A stretch of DNA of 64,000 nucleotides from NCBI GenBank assembly GCA_963805855.1, contig CAWDVW010000007.1:391457-455456 (forward strand), read 5' to 3'. The notes beneath the pieces are model-generated. The model had not been told where the DNA came from, did no database searches, and was given only the letters and a program-made list of their open reading frames with translations. The position numbers and the translations under genes are program-made. Shown here one piece after another: positions 38,349 through 47,398 of the stretch; positions within the stretch are counted from its first letter, which is position 1, and each line of letters starts with the position of its first letter. This DNA comes from Candidatus Dadabacteria bacterium. GTDB taxonomy: Bacteria > Desulfobacterota_D > UBA1144 > Nemesobacterales > CSP1-2.

Positions 38349-41033
38349 ATGAGCCGACTTGTAGAAAAAGGTAAAGAAATTTCTCAGCACGAAGCCATCG
38401 AAACCCAAGAGTGGATTGATTCGCTTGAGCAGGTTATAAAGACCAGTACACCCGAGAGGGTCAAACGGCTGATAAAGCAACTACACATCCATGCAAAGAA
38501 AGCGGGAATCGATGCCCCGTACGCCGCGAACACACCCTATATAAACACAATACCCGTAGACAAACAGCCCCCATTTCCAGGTAGCCGTGAAATAGAAAGG
38601 CGAATTAAGAGTCTGATTCGCTGGAATGCTATGGCTATGGTTGTCAGGGCTAACAGAATAGAAGAGGGGATTGGTGGACATATCTCTACTTACGCATCTA
38701 CGGCAACACTTTTTGAGATAGGCTTCAATCATTTCTTTCGAGCTAAGGGGGAAGACCGCGAAGGCGACATTATCTATTTTCAGGGCCATGCATCTCCCGG
38801 GGTTTATGCCAGGGCATTTCTGGAGGGACGCCTTTCAATTGAACAATTGGAAAATTTTCGAAGGGAGTTAAAACCAGGTGGAGGATTGTCATCCTATCCC
38901 CATCCATGGTTAATGCCCAATTTCTGGCAATTCCCTACAGTCTCTATGGGATTGAGTCCGATTATGGCAATCTATCAGGCACGGTTCAACCGTTATCTTG
39001 AGGATCGCGGGCTCAAGAAGCCGTCAGATGCAAAGGTGTGGTGTTTGATGGGAGACGGAGAAACAGATGAACCAGAATCTCTCGGTGCTATTACCTTAGC
39101 AGCAAGGGAGAAATTGGATAATCTGATTTTTGTGATAAATTGCAATTTGCAAAGATTGGATGGCCCTGTTCGGGGGAATGGCAAAATAATACAGGAACTT
39201 GAGACGATCTTCAGAGGAGCGGGCTGGAACGTAATTAAGGTGATTTGGGGAAGCGACTGGGATCCTCTCCTAGCAAAAGATCACGACGGCGTTCTTGTGA
39301 ATCGCATGGAGGAAGCTGTGGATGGCGATTATCAAAAGTATATAGTTGAATCGGGTAAATACATCCGCGATCACTTTTTTGGTACTGACCCTCGGCTATT
39401 GGATCTGGTTAAAAACCTATCCGATGAACAACTCCAAAAACTTAGGCGCGGTGGGCATGATCCCGAAAAGGTATACGCGGCATTCAAGGCTGCGATGGAT
39501 AATACGGGATCACCAACGGTGATCTTAGCTAAGACAATTAAGGGTTATGGTCTCGGCGAGAGCGGTGAGGGTAAAAACATAACTCATCAACAAAAGAAAT
39601 TAAATGAGGAAGAGCTCAGGGAATTTCGAACCCGTTTTGGTATCCCTATCTCTGATGAAGAAGTTTCCAAAGCGCCATTCTATAAGCCCCCTGACGAAAG
39701 TCCCGAAATAAATTATCTTCATGAGAGGCGAAAGGAACTTGGCGGATACATACCTCATAGGTCTGCTAACTGCGAGCCTCTCAAGACTCCTCCTGAAAAG
39801 GTTTTCGAAGAATTTCATAAGGGATCCGGAGATAGGGGTGTTGCCACGACAATGGCGTTTGTAAGACTGCTTTCTAAGTTACTCAAAGACGAGCAGATCG
39901 GGAAATTAATAGTTCCTATTATCCCGGACGAGGCCCGTACATTTGGAATGGAGTCCCTATTCCGCCAAGTTGGTATTTACTCTCATGTTGGACAGCTATA
40001 TGAGCCGGTAGATAAGGAGACCCTTCTCTACTATAGAGAGGCTTCAGATGGGCAGATTCTCGAAGAGGGCATTACGGAAGCTGGCTCAATGTCCTCATTT
40101 ATCGCTGCAGGGACAGCATATTCGACTCATGGCATAAACATGATACCTTTCTTCGTTTTTTACTCCATGTTTGGTTTTCAAAGAATAGGTGATCTTATAT
40201 GGGCTGCGGGTGACATGAGATGCCGAGGATTTTTGATAGGCGGAACCTCCGGTCGCACAACGCTGGCTGGTGAAGGGTTGCAACACCAGGATGGGCACAG
40301 CCACGTCTTGGCATATTCTGTGCCAAACTTAAAGACCTATGATCCGGCATTTGCGTACGAGATAGCCGTAATCATAAGGGACGGCATACGTCGGATGTAT
40401 GAGGAGCAACAGGATGTATTCTATTATCTGACCGTAATGAACGAACCCTATGTTCAACCCCCGATGCCCAAAGGGGTTACGGATGGCATTTTAAAAGGGA
40501 TGTACAAGTTTAGGGCATCTGCCAACAGAGAGACTAAACATCATGCGCAGATACTCGGAAGCGGGTCGATGCTGAACGAGGCTCTTAAAGCCCAGAAGAT
40601 TCTGGAAGAAAAATACGAAGTAGCCGCCGATGTTTGGAGTGTGACTAGCTATAAGGAACTCTATAGGGATGGATTGGATGTCGAGAGGTGGAACATGTTA
40701 CATCCCTCCGAGATAAATAAAATACCGTACATTACTCAATGCCTTGGTGACGCGCCAGGCGTTTTCGTTGCGGCTACAGATTACGTGAAAGCGCTACCGG
40801 ATTCTATCTCGCAATGGCTTCCACGACCCCTTGTCTCGCTGGGAACGGACGGTTATGGAAGAAGCGGTAGCCGATCTGCGCTTCGTGACTTTTTTGAAGT
40901 CGATTTTAGGTTTATAACCTTGGCGACGCTTGCTGCTCTTGCGAGAGAGAAAAAGATTCATACCGATGTAGTTCAAAATGCAATAGAAGACCTTGAAATC
41001 GAGCCAAACAAACCAAATCCAATGATTTCTTGA
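38349..41033 (+). CDS. aceE: Pyruvate dehydrogenase E1 component, homodimeric type
   Basis: 894 aa. ThDP-binding GDGE..E..NL region. Typical AceE N-terminus (..ETQEWIDSLE..). Confidence 0.93.
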   Translation: MSRLVEKGKEISQHEAIETQEWIDSLEQVIKTSTPERVKRLIKQLHIHAKKAGIDAPYAANTPYINTIPVDKQPPFPGSREIERRIKSLIRWNAMAMVVRANRIEEGIGGHISTYASTATLFEIGFNHFFRAKGEDREGDIIYFQGHASPGVYARAFLEGRLSIEQLENFRRELKPGGGLSSYPHPWLMPNFWQFPTVSMGLSPIMAIYQARFNRYLEDRGLKKPSDAKVWCLMGDGETDEPESLGAITLAAREKLDNLIFVINCNLQRLDGPVRGNGKIIQELETIFRGAGWNVIKVIWGSDWDPLLAKDHDGVLVNRMEEAVDGDYQKYIVESGKYIRDHFFGTDPRLLDLVKNLSDEQLQKLRRGGHDPEKVYAAFKAAMDNTGSPTVILAKTIKGYGLGESGEGKNITHQQKKLNEEELREFRTRFGIPISDEEVSKAPFYKPPDESPEINYLHERRKELGGYIPHRSANCEPLKTPPEKVFEEFHKGSGDRGVATTMAFVRLLSKLLKDEQIGKLIVPIIPDEARTFGMESLFRQVGIYSHVGQLYEPVDKETLLYYREASDGQILEEGITEAGSMSSFIAAGTAYSTHGINMIPFFVFYSMFGFQRIGDLIWAAGDMRCRGFLIGGTSGRTTLAGEGLQHQDGHSHVLAYSVPNLKTYDPAFAYEIAVIIRDGIRRMYEEQQDVFYYLTVMNEPYVQPPMPKGVTDGILKGMYKFRASANRETKHHAQILGSGSMLNEALKAQKILEEKYEVAADVWSVTSYKELYRDGLDVERWNMLHPSEINKIPYITQCLGDAPGVFVAATDYVKALPDSISQWLPRPLVSLGTDGYGRSGSRSALRDFFEVDFRFITLATLAALAREKKIHTDVVQNAIEDLEIEPNKPNPMIS

Positions 41034-41049
41034 TATGGACGGATGATCT

Positions 41050-42450
41050 ATGGTAACCGAATTCAAATTGCCTGAGCTGGGCGAAGATATTGCGACAGGA
41101 GACGTCATAAACGTTTATGTCTCTGCTGGCGACCGCGTATCGAAAGACCAGCCCATTATGGAAATTGAAACAGATAAGGCGGCGATTGAGGTTCCGGCAC
41201 CCGTAAGTGGTGTCATAACTGGAGTGCACGTAAAGGAGGGGGAAACTATAAATGTCGGACAATTATTAATTACTATAGAAGAATCCGGAGACGAAAAAAT
41301 AGAGCCTGAAGTTAAAGACGAGATTCACGAAAAGGAAGAACAATCAGCCGAAGAAAAGATCGAGGCTGAAGGGAAGAAGACTGAAGAAAAAATTGCGGAA
41401 GTGAAATCTAAAGTTGAGCCAAAAGGAAGGGACCGGGCAGAGATTGCAGAAGAAGAATACGAAGAGGAATCGGCCTCGAGGGAAGAAGGTAAAGTCGTGG
41501 AATTTGCTCGATCGTCGCAAGCAGATGTTGCGAAAGAATCTCCGAGAAAACTCGTCCCCGCCTCACCCTCGGTTCGGAGACTGGCTCGTGAGTTGGGAGT
41601 GGATATTAATCAGGTTAAGGGTTCGGGCCCGGGGGGACGGATTTCGGAAGAGGATGTAAAACATTATGCAAGCAAAAAGGTCTCAAAAGCCGGCCCAGAA
41701 GAAATTCAAGTTGGGAAAGCTGATACATCTTTACCTGATTTTACAAAGTGGGGAGAAATAGAGCGGAAGCAGATGTCCAAGGTAAGACGACTAACGGCAG
41801 AGCGGATGACCGCTGCCTGGCGGGCTCCTCATGTGACTCAGCATGACAAGGCCGATATTACAGAGTTAGAGAAAACAAGGAAACTCTTTGGCAGGGAAAC
41901 AGAAAAGGCCGGTGGAAAACTGACCGTGACCGCTATTCTAATCAAGGTAGTCGGCTCAGCACTTAAGATTTTCCCGCAATTCAACGCTAGCGTAGATATG
42001 ACAAACAGCGAGGTTATTTACAAGAAATACTATAACATTGCTGTCGCCGTGGACACTGACAGAGGCCTTCTAGCACCCGTCATAAAGGATGTGGATAAGA
42101 AGAATTTGATTGAGCTTGCTGTAGAGCTCACCCAATTGTCTGAAAGAGCGAGAGACAAAAAAGTCTCGGTCGAGGAACTGCAGGGAGGAACTTTTACGAT
42201 TAGCAATCTTGGCGGACTCGGGGGTACCTATTTTACACCAGTTATCTATTCTCCGGATGTTGCCCTGCTTGGGGTATCGCGCTCCAAAATCGAACCGGTC
42301 TTTATTGACGACAAATTTGAACCTCGCCTCATGTTACCGCTTTCACTATCTTATGATCACCGAATTATAGATGGGGCGGACGCGGTTCGTTTCTTACGGT
42401 GGACCGTTGAAGCCTTGGAACAGCCTTTCAAGGTCATGCTGGAGGGATGA
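41050..42450 (+). CDS. aceF: Dihydrolipoamide acetyltransferase E2 (single lipoyl domain, E3-binding domain and catalytic domain)
   Basis: Lipoyl-Lys context IETDKAAIEV, PSBD PSVRRLARELGVD and the catalytic DHRIIDGA motif. Confidence 0.93.
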   Translation: MVTEFKLPELGEDIATGDVINVYVSAGDRVSKDQPIMEIETDKAAIEVPAPVSGVITGVHVKEGETINVGQLLITIEESGDEKIEPEVKDEIHEKEEQSAEEKIEAEGKKTEEKIAEVKSKVEPKGRDRAEIAEEEYEEESASREEGKVVEFARSSQADVAKESPRKLVPASPSVRRLARELGVDINQVKGSGPGGRISEEDVKHYASKKVSKAGPEEIQVGKADTSLPDFTKWGEIERKQMSKVRRLTAERMTAAWRAPHVTQHDKADITELEKTRKLFGRETEKAGGKLTVTAILIKVVGSALKIFPQFNASVDMTNSEVIYKKYYNIAVAVDTDRGLLAPVIKDVDKKNLIELAVELTQLSERARDKKVSVEELQGGTFTISNLGGLGGTYFTPVIYSPDVALLGVSRSKIEPVFIDDKFEPRLMLPLSLSYDHRIIDGADAVRFLRWTVEALEQPFKVMLEG

Positions 42451-42603
42451 AGGGAGTTTTGCCACAAATCTTCAGCGAATTAACACAATTCTGTGAGTGA
42501 ACCCTTAATTCATGAAATTCTCAATGAATAAATGAAAATCTTATTATTAATCCTAATCTCGTGTATGCGAGTGTAACTAAGCCTGGAATGTTGGAATTAG
42601 CTT

Positions 42604-44040
42604 ATGAGCGAGAGAGCAAAAAAAACTCAAATCGCGGTAATTGGAGGGGGTCCTGGGGGATACCCCGCTGCTTTCCTGGCTGCTGATCGTGGACTTAATG
42701 TCACTTTAATTGACAATGAAGCTAACCCGGGAGGAGTATGCCTTTACCGCGGGTGCATACCTTCCAAGGCACTGTTACATGCTGCAAGAGTGATAACTGA
42801 GGCAAAGGAGGCGTCAAACTGGGGGATCGGATTTTCGGAGCCGGTTATCGATATTGATAAACTTCGTAGTTGGAAGGATAACGTCATTAAAAAGATGACT
42901 GGCGGGCTCGGTCAGCTATCAAAGCATCGGAAGATCAACTACATACAGGGTCACGCTAAATTCTCGGACAAAAATACTATTGAAATACAGAATCAAAATG
43001 GAAGCGAATTATTAGGCTTTGAGTACGCAATCGTAGCTACCGGTTCACGCCCTGCAAATCTTCCCGATCTTTCAATCGATTCTCGGCGCATACTGGATTC
43101 CACAACCGGGTTGGAACTACCAGATGTTCCAAAGAATATGCTGATAGTGGGAGGAGGTTACATAGGGCTTGAGCTTGGAACCGTGTATGCGGCTCTTGGC
43201 ACGAAGGTCTCTGTTGTGGAAATGACATCGGGTTTAATGCCTGGTGTTGATCGGGATCTTGTCTTGATTCTCTCAAAGAGGTTAGAGAAGATTTTTGACT
43301 CCATCATGCTGGACACCAAAGTAGTCGATATGAGTGAAGAGAAATCTGGACTGAGGGTTAAATTTGAGGGCTCCAAGGTTAAAAGCAGCGAACAGATATT
43401 CGATAAGGTTCTGGTCTCGGTCGGGAGAAGGCCCAATTCCGAGAACCTGGGTCTGGAAAATACCCGCGTCAAAACCGATTCCAAAGGCTTCATCCAGGTT
43501 GACCAGCAGCGGAAGACTTCGGAACCCACGATATTTGCGATAGGGGATGTTGCGGGCGAGCCGATGCTGGCACACAAGGCAACGCATGAGGGTAGGGTAG
43601 CAGCAGAGGTGATCGCGGGAAACAACGTCGCTTTTGAACCCAATGCAATACCGGCGGTAGTATTTACAGACCCCGAGATAGCATGGTGCGGTTTGACCGA
43701 GACAAATGCAAAAATGGCAAATCGTCCGGTAAAAATTGCTCGGTTCCCTTGGGGAGCTTCCGGCAGGGCAACGACCCTGGATCGAAACGACGGAGTGACC
43801 AAGCTGATAGTAGACCCGGATACCGAACAGATCCTGGGGGTAGGTATTGTTGGAACAGGGGCCGGGGAATTGATCGCAGAGGGGGTATTAGCCATCGAAA
43901 TGGGAGCAAACGTGTCGGATCTCAAGTTGACAATACACCCTCATCCGACCCTTTCAGAGACAATTATGGAAGCAGCTGAGGTATTTTTCGGGGAAAGCAC
44001 CCATGTATATCGGCCGAAAAAATCAGCCGTTAGAAAGTAA
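42604..44040 (+). CDS. lpdA: Dihydrolipoyl dehydrogenase (E3), copy 2, in operon with aceEF
   Basis: VIGGGPGGY, GGVCLYRGCIPSK, VGGGYIGLELG and HPHPTLSE. Confidence 0.92.
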   Translation: MSERAKKTQIAVIGGGPGGYPAAFLAADRGLNVTLIDNEANPGGVCLYRGCIPSKALLHAARVITEAKEASNWGIGFSEPVIDIDKLRSWKDNVIKKMTGGLGQLSKHRKINYIQGHAKFSDKNTIEIQNQNGSELLGFEYAIVATGSRPANLPDLSIDSRRILDSTTGLELPDVPKNMLIVGGGYIGLELGTVYAALGTKVSVVEMTSGLMPGVDRDLVLILSKRLEKIFDSIMLDTKVVDMSEEKSGLRVKFEGSKVKSSEQIFDKVLVSVGRRPNSENLGLENTRVKTDSKGFIQVDQQRKTSEPTIFAIGDVAGEPMLAHKATHEGRVAAEVIAGNNVAFEPNAIPAVVFTDPEIAWCGLTETNAKMANRPVKIARFPWGASGRATTLDRNDGVTKLIVDPDTEQILGVGIVGTGAGELIAEGVLAIEMGANVSDLKLTIHPHPTLSETIMEAAEVFFGESTHVYRPKKSAVRK

Positions 44041-44086
44041 CAACATGATTCAACTTCGTTACGCTACGCCGTAGACCTCCTTTGAT

Positions 44087-44992
44087 TTATGAGTAAGAAT
44101 TAATAAAACTCACAACCTCATTTACCATCACCTCAGGGTTCTCCATACAGTCGTGTCTTGCATTCGGAACAACTCTCAATCTTATGTTTTTATTCCCCGC
44201 CTTTTTCGCTATTTTTACGAGCTCGTCAACCTCCCACTGATCCACGATGAAATCATTTTCACCCCTCAAGAAAAGGATTGGTATTTTGATTTTAGGAATA
44301 TGTTTATGTGCCATAGCACCGCACGCGTGCGGCCCCATCATAAACCACCATGTCTTATAGGTGAAAATTTCGTTATTTTTGGGCTCGGGCGTCGGGCCTC
44401 TAGCTCTATAAACAACAAATATCTCGTCCCGCTTACTCTTGTGGGGATCGTCTCCCAGGACACATTTTGCGCTTTCGAATATTTCCTCATATGTCGGTGA
44501 TCCTCCCCACTTTTCCAAACGGGCCCTCTGTGCTTCAGACGTTGAATAATGAATTCCTTCCAATACGATTCCCCTCACGTTGTGAGGCCTTCTATTTGCT
44601 GTCCAATAAGCAAGCATACTTGCTCCCAGACTATAACCAAGGATATAGATATTATTAAATCCAGTGTCATTGAGAAACTTAAGCGCGGCATCGATATCCA
44701 TCAGAGTGTCATCGAAGATCCCCTTTCCAGTAAACTGTCCGGCGAAAGCAAGCCTGGTGTTTAAAGACATAGAACCAAATCCTCGCTCGAGCAGGGCATG
44801 GGGCAGGAGGCGAGGAGTTCCCCTTGCCAGAAAGTGACCCAACAAGCCATGAATTTGGAGTAAAATCGGACTGTCAAGGATTTCCTCTATTTTAACGTAA
44901 TCCTTGGTGACCAATAGGCTGCTGAGAAAATTCCCATCCGAGGCTCGAAGCCTTATCAATCTCTGTTTTTCGCGGACTCTTGACTCAGTCAT
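44087..44992 (-). CDS. Alpha/beta-hydrolase fold protein (canonical GxSxG: GYSLG), paralog A
   Basis: 301 aa. Nucleophile elbow ILGYSLGASM, with downstream Asp (ENDFIVD) and His (NARHDC). Confidence 0.7.
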   Translation of the reverse strand: MTESRVREKQRLIRLRASDGNFLSSLLVTKDYVKIEEILDSPILLQIHGLLGHFLARGTPRLLPHALLERGFGSMSLNTRLAFAGQFTGKGIFDDTLMDIDAALKFLNDTGFNNIYILGYSLGASMLAYWTANRRPHNVRGIVLEGIHYSTSEAQRARLEKWGGSPTYEEIFESAKCVLGDDPHKSKRDEIFVVYRARGPTPEPKNNEIFTYKTWWFMMGPHACGAMAHKHIPKIKIPILFLRGENDFIVDQWEVDELVKIAKKAGNKNIRLRVVPNARHDCMENPEVMVNEVVSFINSYS

Positions 44993-45031
44993 ATTCCTGC
45001 TTTACCAGGAGCTTAGTTGATGCCTTGATAT

Positions 45032-45946
45032 TTAGAACCTTTCGCCTAACCATTCAATAATTGCTTGCGCCAGTTCCTCATGCTTTCCGTCAAATGAATG
45101 GTTAGCATCGATATTCACATGTGTCACATCTTTATTGCCGCTACGCTTCGCTATTTCGCAAAGGTCCTCAGATTCTCGACCCTCGATTATTTCGTCCTTC
45201 GACGCATGAATTAAAAGTATAGGTGTATGTTTAACATTTCCAACCTGTTTATAAGCCTTAGCGCCTTCAGCCTCCGGGCCGGCAAGAGCCCACCACGTTT
45301 TCAACGTGTAAATCTCGGTATGTTCGGGGAGGCTTGTAGGTCCATGAGCCTTTTTTACTATTATGGTCTCGTCATGGACGCGCTCTTTTTTGTCATCGGG
45401 ATAGAAGGTTCTTCGTACCCTTTCATAAACCTCGTCGTAACTTGGTTGGCTCCCAAAACGTTCCCATCTCCTGCGAGTAGTATCAGGCATTGAAAATGGG
45501 GTCGCAATCGCTATTGCCCCGCTTAAATCGGGATATCTTTCGATGTCGTTTCTAAGCGCGCAGTATCTCAATGCAATACATCCTCCAAGTCCGTGACCTG
45601 CAATGATAATTTTCTTGTAACCAACCTTTCTAAGATATTCGCAGACAGCATCAATTTGGGGAATAGCGTCATCGAATATTCCAAAACCAAAAAAAAGTCC
45701 TAGATTTGCAAGAAGTGTGTTCATCGTAACAGAGGAGAAATCGTTATCAGCAAGTCTGCTTGGGAGGTAGTGTTCTGTCTCATCCAGGAGGTTTCCAAGG
45801 ATCCCGTGAAGACGAACAATCACAGGTTTATGCTCCCGGTGATTTGAATGAGTATCTATATGGTAATGAACGGCGTCAATCTTATGAGAATTAAATGGTA
45901 TCGATATAATCGTGCCTGAGTATTCTTCCATGTCGTTAAAATTCAC
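45032..45946 (-). CDS. Alpha/beta-hydrolase fold paralog B with the nucleophilic Ser replaced by Gly (GHGLGG)
   Basis: 304 aa, collinear with paralog A (LHGILGNLL.. versus IHGLLGHFL..; ..TWW..GP.. conserved). The elbow reads IIAGHGLGGCIA. Asp (SKDEII) and His (DANHSFDG) are retained. Confidence 0.65.
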   Translation of the reverse strand: MNFNDMEEYSGTIISIPFNSHKIDAVHYHIDTHSNHREHKPVIVRLHGILGNLLDETEHYLPSRLADNDFSSVTMNTLLANLGLFFGFGIFDDAIPQIDAVCEYLRKVGYKKIIIAGHGLGGCIALRYCALRNDIERYPDLSGAIAIATPFSMPDTTRRRWERFGSQPSYDEVYERVRRTFYPDDKKERVHDETIIVKKAHGPTSLPEHTEIYTLKTWWALAGPEAEGAKAYKQVGNVKHTPILLIHASKDEIIEGRESEDLCEIAKRSGNKDVTHVNIDANHSFDGKHEELAQAIIEWLGERF

Positions 45947-45967
45947 TTACTTTTATCCTCGAAGTGC

Positions 45968-46732
45968 TTATGCTTTTCCATAAACGGGAATACCGGCACC
46001 GCTTATAGGCTTTGAATCATCCGAAGAGAGAAAGACTATAACCCTCGCAATCTCTTCGGGTTTTACCCATTTTGAAAAATCAGCCTCAGGCATATCCCTT
46101 CTGTTTGCAGGGGTATCGATGGTGCTTGGAAGCACAGCATTCACATTTATCTCATAATCCTTTGTCTCGTCTGCGATTGTTTCCGTCAGGTTCAAAACCC
46201 CGGCCTTTGAAGCGGAGTAGGCACCCACTCCGGCCGAGCCTTTCAGGGCCGGCCGTGAGGATATATTGATTATTTTCCCATAATTTTGCTCAATCATCCG
46301 CGGGAGTACATATTTCGAGCATATAAAAGCAGATTTTAAATTTAAACTCATCATAAGATCCCAGGTTTTCTCATCCGTGTCCTTTATATAGGAGAAAGCA
46401 AAGCCGCCCACAACATTAACAAGGATATCGACCCTTTTAAATTTCCTAGTAGTATTTGTAATCATGTTGAATACATCCTTCTTCTTTGTAACATCAGCTT
46501 TAATAAAAACAATTTTGTCTTTATGCTCACTAGTCAATGAGAGACATTCTTTTTTCTCTTTATCAACAATATAAGTACAAACTACCTTCGCACCCTCTTC
46601 AAGAAACGCTATGGTGATCGCCTTTCCCAGCGCACCTGTGCCGCCGGTTACGATTGCTATTTTATTTTTAAGAGTATTCATTGGTCTCTCCTTAAGCTGT
46701 TCGGGTTTTCCCGGCAAATTCAATGATTTCAA
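45968..46732 (-). CDS. SDR-family oxidoreductase
   Basis: TGGTGALG Rossmann motif, NVVG and a YSASK catalytic Tyr-x3-Lys. Confidence 0.85.
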   Translation of the reverse strand: MKSLNLPGKPEQLKERPMNTLKNKIAIVTGGTGALGKAITIAFLEEGAKVVCTYIVDKEKKECLSLTSEHKDKIVFIKADVTKKKDVFNMITNTTRKFKRVDILVNVVGGFAFSYIKDTDEKTWDLMMSLNLKSAFICSKYVLPRMIEQNYGKIINISSRPALKGSAGVGAYSASKAGVLNLTETIADETKDYEINVNAVLPSTIDTPANRRDMPEADFSKWVKPEEIARVIVFLSSDDSKPISGAGIPVYGKA

Positions 46733-46907
46733 AATTAATTTAATTCAAGGGATTTATTTTAATCAAATAATGCGATGTCGCAATGATTCAGATGACCAGG
46801 GGGAACACATGAACTATGGTTTAATATAGCTTCAATATTCTGCTTGACATCCCAACTCACATGGTCTTAAAATAGAAAAGCTGAAAAATTCTATCGGAAG
46901 GAATAGG

Positions 46908-47243
46908 ATGGATATTCTCATTTCAATGAAGGCAGAAACGATTCAGAAAGGACTATATATGAATTGCAACATAATGCAGATGCCAACCGCTCAAGCAAAA
47001 CCCTACTTTATTATGGAGCTCCGAGAAGATAATGAGGTTAAGCTTAAACTTATCAAACAATATGCTCAAATTCTTCAAGAAAAATTTGATGAAGATGAGG
47101 AGTTTTTGATCGAGCACACAAATATCGGGATCATACTTAAGAAAAGGGTTGATGAAGGCGTGGAATACATGGAAGCGTGGGATAATTGGGTTCTGTTTTC
47201 GAGGAAAGTTTATGAAGAACTGGCGGAAATAGTGGGAGAATAA
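46908..47243 (+). CDS. Hypothetical protein (111 aa)
   Basis: Open frame between convergent and divergent neighbours. No recognisable motif and only a weak SD. Confidence 0.35.
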   Translation: MDILISMKAETIQKGLYMNCNIMQMPTAQAKPYFIMELREDNEVKLKLIKQYAQILQEKFDEDEEFLIEHTNIGIILKKRVDEGVEYMEAWDNWVLFSRKVYEELAEIVGE

Positions 47244-47398
47244 TTAACTAAAGTTATCCATTTTATTTCACAAGTATAACGTATATCTCAACTTGCATTT
47301 CCATCTATCTTGGCTAATATTCTTTTCACTTTATAAAGAATCCGCTAACCAACCATTGATATTTTGGCCAATCAGAAAAGCCGGAGAAAAATCACCAT

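Noticed and set aside
47244-47398. Possible T-box leader upstream of ileS
   Set aside because: No T-box consensus (AATTAGGGTGGNACCGCG-like) or specifier/antiterminator arrangement is visible.
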